Of a stretch of 64,000 nucleotides of DNA, positions 19,324 to 29,534 are shown piece by piece. Both the position numbers and the translations under genes were made by a program. The stretch is from NCBI GenBank assembly GCA_029265315.1, contig JAJUJM010000006.1, forward strand, positions 43,531 through 107,530, written 5' to 3'. The notes beneath the pieces were generated by a model. It saw only the letters and a list, made by a program, of their open reading frames with translations. It was not told where the DNA came from and ran no database searches. The stretch's first letter is position 1. Every line of letters starts with the position of its first letter. This DNA is from Actinomycetota bacterium (GTDB lineage Bacteria > Actinomycetota > Coriobacteriia > Anaerosomatales > PHET01).

Positions 19324-20265
19324 GTGTCTGCAGACCTCATCATCCAGCAGCTCGTGAACGGCGTGACCCTCGGCGGCATGTACGCGCTGATCGCCCTCGG
19401 GTACACGCTCGTCTACGGCATCCTGCTCATGATCAACTTCGCGCACTCCGAGATGTTCATGGGCGGCGCCTACGTGGGCCTGGGGATGCTCACGTGGCTT
19501 TCGAGTGACTCGTTCCCTGCGAGCTCGTTCTTCAAGGGTTCGACGTTCGGCCTCATCCTACTGTTCCTCATCGTGTTCGCGGTGGCCGGCATCACGATCG
19601 GCGTGCTCGGCGTGATCATCGAGCGGGTCGCGTATCGACCACTCAGGCACGCGCCGCGCCTCGCTCCGCTCATCTCGGCCATCGGCGTGTCGATCTTCCT
19701 CCAGAATGCGGTACTGCTCTGGATAGACTCCAAGGCCATCCCGTACCCGTCGCTGTTCCCCGTCAGGCAGGTCATCTCCATCGGTGGCGCCAGCCTGAAC
19801 TCCTTGCAGCTCCTCATCGTCGTCGCCTCGCTCGTGCTCCTGTTGATCCTCGACACCTTCGTCTCGAAGACGCGCATAGGCAAGGCGATGCGTGCCACGT
19901 CGCAGGACCGTGAGGCGGCGGGCCTGATGGGCATCGACATCAACTACATCATCGCGCTGGCCTTCTTCATCGGTCCGGCGCTCGGGGCCGTCGCCGGCAT
20001 CTTCCACGGCATGTACTACGGCACCGTGATCTTCTCCATGGGCTTCATCCCGGGCATCAAGTCGTTCACGGCCGCGGTGCTCGGTGGAATCGGTAACCTG
20101 CGCGGAGCCATGCTCGGCGGTTTCGTGCTCGGGATCGTCGAGTCGCTGGGTGCGGGCTTCCTGTCGACCGGTTACAAGGACGTCATCGCGTTCGGCATCC
20201 TGATCCTTGTCCTGATCTTCCGTCCGGGCGGCCTGCTCGGCGAGTCCGTAGTGGAGAAGGTGTAG
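19324..20265 (+). CDS. livH: BCAA ABC transporter permease
   Basis: YALIALGYTLVYG, INFAH, AAVLGGIG. Confidence 0.93.
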   Translation: MSADLIIQQLVNGVTLGGMYALIALGYTLVYGILLMINFAHSEMFMGGAYVGLGMLTWLSSDSFPASSFFKGSTFGLILLFLIVFAVAGITIGVLGVIIERVAYRPLRHAPRLAPLISAIGVSIFLQNAVLLWIDSKAIPYPSLFPVRQVISIGGASLNSLQLLIVVASLVLLLILDTFVSKTRIGKAMRATSQDREAAGLMGIDINYIIALAFFIGPALGAVAGIFHGMYYGTVIFSMGFIPGIKSFTAAVLGGIGNLRGAMLGGFVLGIVESLGAGFLSTGYKDVIAFGILILVLIFRPGGLLGESVVEKV

Positions 20266-20267
20266 CC

Positions 20268-21524
20268 ATGGGCGGGAGCAAGATGGATATCAAGACCTCC
20301 GTCGAATCGGCGAAGATGTCGCCGACGAAACTGGCGGTCTATGCGGGCATCGGCGTGCTCGTGTTCCTTGCGCCGATCCTCTTCCAGGGTTTCGGCCAGC
20401 TGTTCCTCGTCCGGATCCTCGCGATCGTGGGGCTCTACGTCATGCTCGCCCTGGGTCTGAACATCGTGGTCGGCTACGCAGGTCTGCTCGACCTGGGCTA
20501 CATCGCGTTCTACGGCATCGGCGCGTACGCGGGAATCCTGGGGGGGCAGCCGCTTTCGCAGTGGCTTGCCGCCACGTTCCCTGACCAGCCGTGGGCACCG
20601 GGGCTGTCGTACTTCATCATGATCCCCATCGCGGCGGTGGCCGCGGCGATCACCGGCATCATGCTGGGCACCCCGGTCCTGCGCCTGCGGGGCGATTACC
20701 TCGCGATCGTCACGCTGGGTTTCGGCGAGATCGTCCGCATTGCGCTCAACAACAACATCTTCGGCCTCACGAACGGTGCCGCCGGTCTTCCTAAGGCAGG
20801 CGAGGTCGTTCCCAAGCCGTTCGGCCTGGACTGGCTCACCAAGGTGACGTACTTCAGGATTCCGAACCTGGGTGACAACGGCTTCACGTTCACGTTCACG
20901 GCGAACGTCTACTGGTACTACATAATCGTGCTGCTGTGTGTGTTCACGATCTTCGTCGTGAGGCGCCTGGATGATTCGCGTCTGGGTCGCTCGTGGACCG
21001 CGATGCGCGAAGATGAGGTGGCCGCCGCCTCCATGGGCGTCAACATCACCGGCGCGAAGCTCTACGCCTTCTCGCTCGGCGCTCTGTGGGGAGGAATAGC
21101 CGGAACCACGTTCGCGAACTTCCAAGGGTTCGTGAGTCCCGAGTCCTTCACGTTCATGGAGTCCGTGTTCGTCGTGTGCGTCATCGTGCTCGGCGGTATG
21201 GGCTCGATTCCGGGGGCCATCGTAGGAGCCCTCGTGATCCAGGGCGTGCCCGAGCTCATCCGTGGCATGGCGTCCTCGGGGCTGCTCACGGCGCTCACCG
21301 GCATCACTGTCTCAGCGGAGGCGCAGTCAGCCATCTCGAACTACCGCTACCTCGTGTTCGGCCTGCTGATGGTCATCATGATGGCGTGGCGCCCGCAAGG
21401 CATCCTGCCTTCAAAGCGACGCGCCCGCGAGCTGCGACCTGAAGACGAGAAAGCGCTCGACGAGACGAACCAGACGCTCTATGACGCCCAGCACGACACC
21501 GCCATTCCGGGCGAAGACCTGTAG
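20268..21524 (+). CDS. livM: BCAA ABC transporter permease
   Basis: GLNIVVGYAGLLDLG, LRLRGDYLAIVTLGFGE, RPQG. Confidence 0.93.
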   Translation: MGGSKMDIKTSVESAKMSPTKLAVYAGIGVLVFLAPILFQGFGQLFLVRILAIVGLYVMLALGLNIVVGYAGLLDLGYIAFYGIGAYAGILGGQPLSQWLAATFPDQPWAPGLSYFIMIPIAAVAAAITGIMLGTPVLRLRGDYLAIVTLGFGEIVRIALNNNIFGLTNGAAGLPKAGEVVPKPFGLDWLTKVTYFRIPNLGDNGFTFTFTANVYWYYIIVLLCVFTIFVVRRLDDSRLGRSWTAMREDEVAAASMGVNITGAKLYAFSLGALWGGIAGTTFANFQGFVSPESFTFMESVFVVCVIVLGGMGSIPGAIVGALVIQGVPELIRGMASSGLLTALTGITVSAEAQSAISNYRYLVFGLLMVIMMAWRPQGILPSKRRARELRPEDEKALDETNQTLYDAQHDTAIPGEDL

Positions 21525-21552
21525 GCCGGGCGCGAGAGAGGTACGAGAAGAC

Positions 21553-22419
21553 ATGACACGCCTGGTGGAAGCGAACAACGTCACGATGCAGTTCGGCGGC
21601 CTGAAGGCCGTGAGCGACGTGACGATGCACATCGACGAAGGCGAGATCGTCGCGCTCATCGGTCCCAACGGTGCCGGCAAGACGACGTTCTTCAACCTGC
21701 TCACCGGCATCTACACGCCAACCGAGGGCACGCTCACCTTCAAGGGTCAGCCGGTCGGCGGACTCAAGCCCCACAAGATAGCCAAGATGGGCATCTCGCG
21801 CACGTTCCAGAACATACGTCTGTTCCAGAATATGACCGCGCTCGAGAACGTCATGGTGGGGCGTCACACACGCACCAAAGAAGGTCCGATCGGGGCCGTG
21901 TTCCGCACTCCCGCCTTCAAGCGCGAAGAGCGGGAGACCGAGGACCGTGCTCGCGAGTGGCTGCGTTTCGTCAACCTCGAGTCGGTGGCCAACGAGCTGG
22001 CCAAGAACCTGCCCTATGGCGACCAGCGCCGCCTCGAGATCGCCCGCGCACTGGCCACAGAGCCTGAGCTCGTGCTTCTTGATGAGCCGGCGGCCGGCAT
22101 GAACCCGCAGGAGAGCCAGGCCTTGAACGGGCTCATCCGCAAGGTCCGCGAGAGCGGTGTGACCGTTCTGCTCATCGAGCACGACATGAAGGTCGTCATG
22201 GACATCGCGGACCGCATCTACGTCCTTGACTTCGGTGAGCTCATCGCAGAGGGACTTCCGGCTGAGATCCAGCGAAACCCCAAGGTCATCGAAGCCTACC
22301 TGGGTAAGGGCGCCGAAGCGATGATGGCCGCCCACGATGAGATTCGCGAGGAAACGGCCTCGGCGCCCGAGGACGGCGTCGCCGTCGCTGATGCTTCCGC
22401 AGTAGGCGGGGAGGAGTAG
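21553..22419 (+). CDS. livG: BCAA ABC transporter ATPase
   Basis: [37 protein letters not shown]. Confidence 0.93.
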   Translation: MTRLVEANNVTMQFGGLKAVSDVTMHIDEGEIVALIGPNGAGKTTFFNLLTGIYTPTEGTLTFKGQPVGGLKPHKIAKMGISRTFQNIRLFQNMTALENVMVGRHTRTKEGPIGAVFRTPAFKREERETEDRAREWLRFVNLESVANELAKNLPYGDQRRLEIARALATEPELVLLDEPAAGMNPQESQALNGLIRKVRESGVTVLLIEHDMKVVMDIADRIYVLDFGELIAEGLPAEIQRNPKVIEAYLGKGAEAMMAAHDEIREETASAPEDGVAVADASAVGGEE

Positions 22420-22421
22420 AC

Positions 22422-23129
22422 GTGCTCGTAGTCAGGGACCTCAGGACCTCCTACGGAAAGATCGAGGCGCTCAAGGGCATCTCCATCACCGTCAACGATG
22501 GCGAGATCGTCACCCTCATCGGGGCGAACGGCGCCGGCAAGTCCACCACGTTGAAGACGATTTCGGGCCAGCTGGCCCCGGTTGCGGGCTCCATCGAGTT
22601 CAACGGCGAGAACATCGCAGGGATGCCCGCCCACAAGGTCACCGCCAAAGGCATCATCCAAGTGCCCGAGGGCCGGCGCATCTTCTCGCGGATGACGGTG
22701 CTCGAGAACCTCGAGATGGGCGCGTACCTGCGCGACGACAAGGACGGTATCGCGGCGGACTTGGAGCACGTGTTCGAGCTCTTCCCCCGCCTCAAGGAGC
22801 GCATCTCCCAGAAGGGCGGCACGCTGTCCGGCGGCGAGCAGCAGATGCTCGCGATGGGACGCGGCCTCATGGCCAACCCCAAGCTCCTGATGCTCGACGA
22901 GCCGTCCATGGGTCTGGCTCCGGTGGTCGTCGAGACCATCTTCGAGATCATCCAGAAACTCAACGCCGACGGCATCACGGTGCTGCTGGTCGAGCAGAAC
23001 GCCAATCTGGCACTCTCGATCGCGGACCGGGGCTACGTGCTCGAGACCGGCGAGATCAAGCTCGAAGGCACCGGTAAGGAGCTACTCGCCAACGATGACG
23101 TCCGCAAGGCGTACCTGGGCGAAGGCTGA
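22422..23129 (+). CDS. livF: BCAA ABC transporter ATPase
   Basis: [33 protein letters not shown]. Confidence 0.93.
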   Translation: MLVVRDLRTSYGKIEALKGISITVNDGEIVTLIGANGAGKSTTLKTISGQLAPVAGSIEFNGENIAGMPAHKVTAKGIIQVPEGRRIFSRMTVLENLEMGAYLRDDKDGIAADLEHVFELFPRLKERISQKGGTLSGGEQQMLAMGRGLMANPKLLMLDEPSMGLAPVVVETIFEIIQKLNADGITVLLVEQNANLALSIADRGYVLETGEIKLEGTGKELLANDDVRKAYLGEG

Positions 23130-23152
23130 GTCTCCGACCTCGGAGGGGGCCC

Positions 23153-24454
23153 TCACGGCTTGGTGAGCGCGTGCTCCGCCCTGATGCGGGCCGCCTGTGC
23201 GGCCAGCTCGATTCCGTCCGTGGTCTCGAGGTAGGCCCCGTCAAGCACGCGCCAGACCCCGCCGGAAAGCACGGCCTCGGTCGTCGCCGCTCCGGCCAAG
23301 CGCACGAAGTCGGTCTCCGGGTCGGTCGAGTCGCCCAGACGGAAGACGGCAAGGTCGGCCTGCATGCCGGTCTCAAGGATTCCGAAGCGGTCTTCGAGTC
23401 CCAAGGCGAGAGCGCCCATCACCGTGGCCATCTCGATGAGTCGCGCGGGCGGGATGGCGGGAAACGCCTCGTGCAGGACGCGCAACTCGGCGACCAGGTC
23501 GAGGTCTGTGTTGCTCGCGACCGAATCTGTGCCTACGCCCACGGGAAGGCCAGCACGCAGCAGCCGGTTGACCGGGGCCAAGGGATTGCCCAGGAAACGG
23601 TTCGAACGAGGACACGTCACGACGCCGCGAGCCGCACACGCCAACCGCGCTATATCAGTCGGACTGGCATGGCAGGCGTGAATCACCGTGCAGCCGTCCA
23701 GCGCGCCGAGGGTGTCGATGTACGCGATCGAGCTGCTGTCAGGCGCTGAGAACTCCGGGGCGAGACGCTTCGCCACATCGGCCAACGGACCATCGCCGGT
23801 AGCCATGAGCTGCGTCTCGGCGGCCGACTCGGCCACGTGCATGGCGTAGGGCACGAAGAACTCGTCGACCGCTTGGTGCATCGCCCGGATGAGGCTCGGG
23901 TCGCAGCTGTAGGGGGCATGGGGCGAGAGCCCGCAACGCTGGCGTTTCGAGCACCAGCCGTGATCGGTCGCCGGGTACTCCTTGGACTCGAGTACCGCAT
24001 AGAGTCGCGGAGCGGGTACGCCGAGCACCTCCCAGAAGAAGGTGCCGCCAAGCCCGGCGTCCGCTGCGGCTGCGGGAGCTTCGGGTCCGTAGACGATGTC
24101 GCCGACCACGGTGACGCCCGCGCGCAAGCACTCGACCGCGCCCAAAGAGGCCGACGCTGCATACTCCGCGGGACCCCAGTCGCCAAGCGCTGTGACCAGC
24201 TGGCTTATCCAGACATCCAGCGGTGCCGGAGCGAGCAGTCCACCCAGAGCGGTGAGTGAGAGGTGCGTGTGGGCGTTCACCAGACCCGGTGAGACGACGC
24301 AGCCCGGGAAATCGTACCGTTCGCTCTCGCCTGCAAGACCTCGAAGTTCTACGGTGCGTCCGACCTCGACGATGACGCCGCCGTCGACGAGGACCGCCCC
24401 GTTCCGAATGGGGGGGCGAGCCACCGGAAGCACCCAGTCGGCGGTGATGAGCAT
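23153..24454 (-). CDS. Amidohydrolase-family nucleoside deaminase (aminodeoxyfutalosine / MTA-SAH deaminase-like)
   Basis: NAHTHL, SPHAPYS, HVAES, CPRSN and GTDSVASN motifs. Confidence 0.8.
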   Translation of the reverse strand: MLITADWVLPVARPPIRNGAVLVDGGVIVEVGRTVELRGLAGESERYDFPGCVVSPGLVNAHTHLSLTALGGLLAPAPLDVWISQLVTALGDWGPAEYAASASLGAVECLRAGVTVVGDIVYGPEAPAAAADAGLGGTFFWEVLGVPAPRLYAVLESKEYPATDHGWCSKRQRCGLSPHAPYSCDPSLIRAMHQAVDEFFVPYAMHVAESAAETQLMATGDGPLADVAKRLAPEFSAPDSSSIAYIDTLGALDGCTVIHACHASPTDIARLACAARGVVTCPRSNRFLGNPLAPVNRLLRAGLPVGVGTDSVASNTDLDLVAELRVLHEAFPAIPPARLIEMATVMGALALGLEDRFGILETGMQADLAVFRLGDSTDPETDFVRLAGAATTEAVLSGGVWRVLDGAYLETTDGIELAAQAARIRAEHALTKP

Positions 24455-24463
24455 GATCTGGCG

Positions 24464-25321
24464 TCAGCCCTTCCGTTCGTCCGGCAGTCCGAGCAGGCTC
24501 GGTTTGCGGTACTCCATGCAACCGCAGCCGTGACCGAGGTCAGCGTGCGCCACCGCATCTATGACGATTCGCGCAATGGTGGCCGATTCCTCGAAGAAGA
24601 CGGCTTTGAGCTCGTCGTGCTCCCAGTCTCTGACCAGGCCCTCGCCGTAGTTCACCACGATGTAGATGCCGGCGAAACACGCGCCTATGTCACGGGCCAG
24701 GAAGACCTCAGGGGCCAGTGACTGGCCGATGATATCGCCGCCCAAACGCCGGAGGTAGTCGACCTCGGCGACGGTCTCGAACCGTGGACCGTCAGTGACC
24801 AGGTAGATGCCGCGCCCGAAGACCCGGGCGAAGTTGGCCGAAGCGCCGGCGTAGAGGTGCTCGGACAGTTCAGGACAGATCGGCCGCCGCATGATGAGCA
24901 GGTGGTCGCCTCGCACGTAGATGTCCTGCTTGATCGTGGTGTCGATGAAATCGTTGGGGATGACGATGTCTCGTGGGTCGAGCAGGTGATTGAGCGAGCC
25001 GACACCACCGTCCGCCAAGACCTTGACCACGCCCGCTTCATGGAAGACCCAGAAGGTCTGCAAAGACGCGTCCGCGCGCTTCACACCGCGCCGCCAGCCG
25101 TGCATCCTGACGGCGAGCGCCTCTCGGGGGCCTCGGTCTCCGTCCACGCGGAAATGCGTGAAGACGGGGGAGCGCCCGAACGGGGTGTCGAAGACGAGGT
25201 CGTCCGCGAGCACGGTGACCCGTTCGTCTGCGAGCCCTCCGGGGAAGTCGAAGCTCAACGACCCTGATCCGCCGCAGATGCCGAACTGCGCCTTCGGTAC
25301 CACAGGTGCGGTCATGCGCAT
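24464..25321 (-). CDS. MTAP/MTIP-family purine nucleoside phosphorylase
   Basis: GICGGSG, TPFG, GPRFET, VVNY (Asn at the base-specificity position). Confidence 0.82.
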   Translation of the reverse strand: MRMTAPVVPKAQFGICGGSGSLSFDFPGGLADERVTVLADDLVFDTPFGRSPVFTHFRVDGDRGPREALAVRMHGWRRGVKRADASLQTFWVFHEAGVVKVLADGGVGSLNHLLDPRDIVIPNDFIDTTIKQDIYVRGDHLLIMRRPICPELSEHLYAGASANFARVFGRGIYLVTDGPRFETVAEVDYLRRLGGDIIGQSLAPEVFLARDIGACFAGIYIVVNYGEGLVRDWEHDELKAVFFEESATIARIVIDAVAHADLGHGCGCMEYRKPSLLGLPDERKG

Positions 25322-25473
25322 CCCTCCTCGACTACGCAGGGTACCTCAAAGTGCTGCGGATGCGGCAGCGTCAGCTGGTTGCAGCTCGCAGGAGTCGACG
25401 AGCGAGCTGCGCGGCCCGGTGACGAGTCTCTGCTGCGGTCCGTGAGTGCCCATCGGTCCCGAAACATCGCTGA

Positions 25474-26502
<1,029 letters not shown>

Positions 26503-26504
26503 CG

Positions 26505-27986
26505 ATGACCACGCCGAGCGCGAAGATCAACCAGACCCAGAAGATCATCGACGAGATCCTCGAGGTCTACCCTGAGAAGGCCCGCAAGGACCGTGCGAAG
26601 CACTTCCGTCCCAACGACCCGACCGGTGAATGCGCGAGCTGTCTGGTCAAGTCCAACGTGAAGTCGCGTCCCGGCGTGATGACGATCCGTGGGTGTGCGT
26701 ACGCCGGTTCCAAGGGTGTGGTATGGGGTCCCGTCAAGGACATGATCCACATCAGCCATGGCCCCGTCGGGTGTGGCGCATACAGCAACTGGAGCCGCCG
26801 CAACTACTACAACGGCATCACGGGCGTCGACTCCTTCGGCACCATGCATTTCACGAGCGATTTCCAGGAGCGCGACATCGTCTACGGCGGCGACAAGAAG
26901 CTCGAGAAGATCGTCGACGAGCTTGATGCGCTCTTCCCGCTGGCCCGTGGCATCTCGGTCCAGTCAGAGTGTCCGGTCGGCCTCATCGGTGATGACATCG
27001 AGAGCGTCTCGAAGAAGAAGACCGCCGAGATCGGCAAGCCGGTCGTGCCGGTGCGCTGCGAGGGCTTCCGGGGCGTGTCGCAGTCGCTCGGGCACCACAT
27101 CGCGAACGACGCAATCCGCGACCACGTGTTCGACAAGCAGGCCACCGATATCGAGACCGGTCCCTACGACGTCGCTCTCATCGGCGACTACAACATCGGT
27201 GGCGATGCCTGGGCCTCTCGTCGGATCCTGGAGGACATGGGCCTGCGGGTCATCGCGCAGTGGACCGGCGACGCGACACTCGCCGAGCTCGCCAACGCGC
27301 CCAAGGCCAAGCTCAACCTCATCCACTGCTATCGCTCGATGAACTACATCTGCCGGCACATGGAGGAGGCGTACGGTGTGCCGTGGGTCGAGTACAACTT
27401 CTTCGGCCCCACCAAGATCTATGCGTCCATCCGCGAGATCGCGAGCCACTTCGACGACACCATCAAGGCCAACGCCGAGGCACTCATCGAGCGCATGAAG
27501 CCCGAGATGGACGCGGTCATCGCCGAGTTCCGCCCCAAGCTCGAGGGCAAGACGGTGATGCTGTACGTGGGCGGTCTGCGCCCGCGCCACGTCATCGGTG
27601 CTTACGAGGACCTCGGCATGGAGATCATCGCCGCCGGCTACGAGTTCGGCCACAACGACGAGTACAAGCGTACGTATCCGCTCATGGCCGAAGGCGCGAT
27701 GGTCATCGATGACGCCACGCCTTACGAGCTCGAGGAGATCACCAAGCGCCTCAAGCCCGACCTGGTCGGCTCGGGCGTCAAGGAGAAGTACGCCTACCAC
27801 AAGATGGGCGTGCCGTTCCGTCAGATGCACAGCTGGGACTACTCAGGTCCCTACCACGGCTTCGACGGCTTCAAGATCTTCGCCCGTGACATGGACATGA
27901 CCGTCAACAGCCCGGTGTGGGGACTCGTGCGCGGCCGCGCGCCCGAAACGCAGGCCGAGTCGATGTCCGAGCGCCAAGCGAGCTAG
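26505..27986 (+). CDS. nifD: Nitrogenase MoFe protein alpha chain
   Basis: [36 protein letters not shown] (FeMoco Cys), QMHSWDY (FeMoco His). Confidence 0.97.
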   Translation: MTTPSAKINQTQKIIDEILEVYPEKARKDRAKHFRPNDPTGECASCLVKSNVKSRPGVMTIRGCAYAGSKGVVWGPVKDMIHISHGPVGCGAYSNWSRRNYYNGITGVDSFGTMHFTSDFQERDIVYGGDKKLEKIVDELDALFPLARGISVQSECPVGLIGDDIESVSKKKTAEIGKPVVPVRCEGFRGVSQSLGHHIANDAIRDHVFDKQATDIETGPYDVALIGDYNIGGDAWASRRILEDMGLRVIAQWTGDATLAELANAPKAKLNLIHCYRSMNYICRHMEEAYGVPWVEYNFFGPTKIYASIREIASHFDDTIKANAEALIERMKPEMDAVIAEFRPKLEGKTVMLYVGGLRPRHVIGAYEDLGMEIIAAGYEFGHNDEYKRTYPLMAEGAMVIDDATPYELEEITKRLKPDLVGSGVKEKYAYHKMGVPFRQMHSWDYSGPYHGFDGFKIFARDMDMTVNSPVWGLVRGRAPETQAESMSERQAS

Positions 27987-28001
27987 GAAGGAGGCGACCA
28001 C

Positions 28002-29513
28002 ATGGAGATCAAGGACCACAACGACCTGTTCGCCGAACCGGAGTACCAAGCTCAGTTCGAGGCCAAGAAGGAGTTCGAGAACGGCTGCTCGGCGGCCCAG
28101 GTCGCTGAGATCGCGGAGTGGACCAAGACTGCGGAGTATCGCGAGCTCAACTTCTCCCGCGAGGCGGTGTCGATAAACCCCGCCAAGGCGTGCCAACCGC
28201 TGGGCGCGGTGCTCGCCGCACTCGGCTTCGAGAAGACGCTGCCGTTCGTGCAGGGCTCGCAGGGCTGCACCGCGTATTTCCGCAGCTACTTCAGTCGGCA
28301 CTTCAAGGAGCCGATCGCGACGGTCTCGAGCTCGATGACCGAGGACGCGGCGGTCTTCGGTGGCCTGTCCAACATGAGCGAGGGCCTCGAGAACGCCTAC
28401 GCGCTCTACAAGCCGGAGATGATCGCGGTCTCGACCACGTGCATGGCCGAGGTCATCGGCGACGACCTGCAGGCCTACATCAAGCAGTCCAAGGCATCCG
28501 GAGCGATTCCGGTCGACCTGCCGGTGCCCTACGCCCACACGCCGAGTTTCGTGGGCAGCCATCTCAACGGCTACGACGCGATGCTCAGGGGCATCCTCGG
28601 CACGCTCGGTACTCCGGGCGAAGCCAACGGGAAGCTCAACATCATCCCGGGCTTCGATGGCTACTCCGGCAATCTGCGCGAGATCAAGCGCATGCTCGAC
28701 GTGATGGGCGTCGACCACACGATGCTCGCCGACTACTCGGATGTCGTCGACGGAGGCAACACCGGATGCTACGAGCTCTACCCCGAGGGTGGGACCAAGC
28801 TCGCCGACGCTGCCGACGCCGTGAACGCCAAGGCGACCATATCGTTGCAGCGCGCCGCGACCGTGAAGACGGGCGAGCTGATCAGTGGCGAGTGGGGGCA
28901 GGAGTTCGTCGTGGTCGGCGAGCCGATCGGCATCAACGCGACCGACGCGTTTCTGGCCGAGGTGTCGCGCTTGAGCGGGGCGCCGATCCCGGCCGCACTC
29001 GAAGCCGAACGCGCGCGTGCTGTCGATGCGATCGTCGATTCGCACCCGTACGTCCACAACAAGCGGCTCGCCATGGTCGGAGACCCGGACCTTCTGGTGG
29101 GACTCATCTCGTTCGCTCTCGAGATCGGCATGAAGCCGGTGCACATCGTTTGCACGAACGGCGACAAGAAGTTCAAGAAGGCCGCAGAGGAGCTGCTCGC
29201 CTCCTCGCCGTTCGGCGCTGAGGCCACGATCTGGATCAAGAAGGACCTGTGGCATCTGCGATCGCTCATGTTCACCGAGCCGGTTGACCTGCTCGTGGGG
29301 CCGAGCAACGCCAAGTTCCTGTGGAAGGACACCGGCACTCCGCTCGTCCGTATAGGGTTCCCGCTTTTCGATCGCCACCATCTCTACAAGCGCCCGATCG
29401 TCGGCTATGAGGGTGCGACGAACCTCCTCATGGACTTCGTCAACACGGTGCTCGACGAGATGGACCGCAAGGCGATCGCGACCGACTCTCCGAGCTTCGA
29501 CCTGATCCGCTAG
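28002..29513 (+). CDS. nifK: Nitrogenase MoFe protein beta chain
   Basis: NPAKACQPLG, GSQGC, TTCMAEVIGDD, HTPSFVGSH, GFPLFDRHH, ends FDLIR. Confidence 0.97.
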   Translation: MEIKDHNDLFAEPEYQAQFEAKKEFENGCSAAQVAEIAEWTKTAEYRELNFSREAVSINPAKACQPLGAVLAALGFEKTLPFVQGSQGCTAYFRSYFSRHFKEPIATVSSSMTEDAAVFGGLSNMSEGLENAYALYKPEMIAVSTTCMAEVIGDDLQAYIKQSKASGAIPVDLPVPYAHTPSFVGSHLNGYDAMLRGILGTLGTPGEANGKLNIIPGFDGYSGNLREIKRMLDVMGVDHTMLADYSDVVDGGNTGCYELYPEGGTKLADAADAVNAKATISLQRAATVKTGELISGEWGQEFVVVGEPIGINATDAFLAEVSRLSGAPIPAALEAERARAVDAIVDSHPYVHNKRLAMVGDPDLLVGLISFALEIGMKPVHIVCTNGDKKFKKAAEELLASSPFGAEATIWIKKDLWHLRSLMFTEPVDLLVGPSNAKFLWKDTGTPLVRIGFPLFDRHHLYKRPIVGYEGATNLLMDFVNTVLDEMDRKAIATDSPSFDLIR

Positions 29514-29534
29514 CAGAGAAGCGATAACCGGAAC

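Noticed and set aside
25381..25410. Hairpin GCAGCTCGC...GCGAGCTGC at the left island edge as a mobile-element end
   Set aside because: No matching copy at the right edge; at most an insulating stem-loop.
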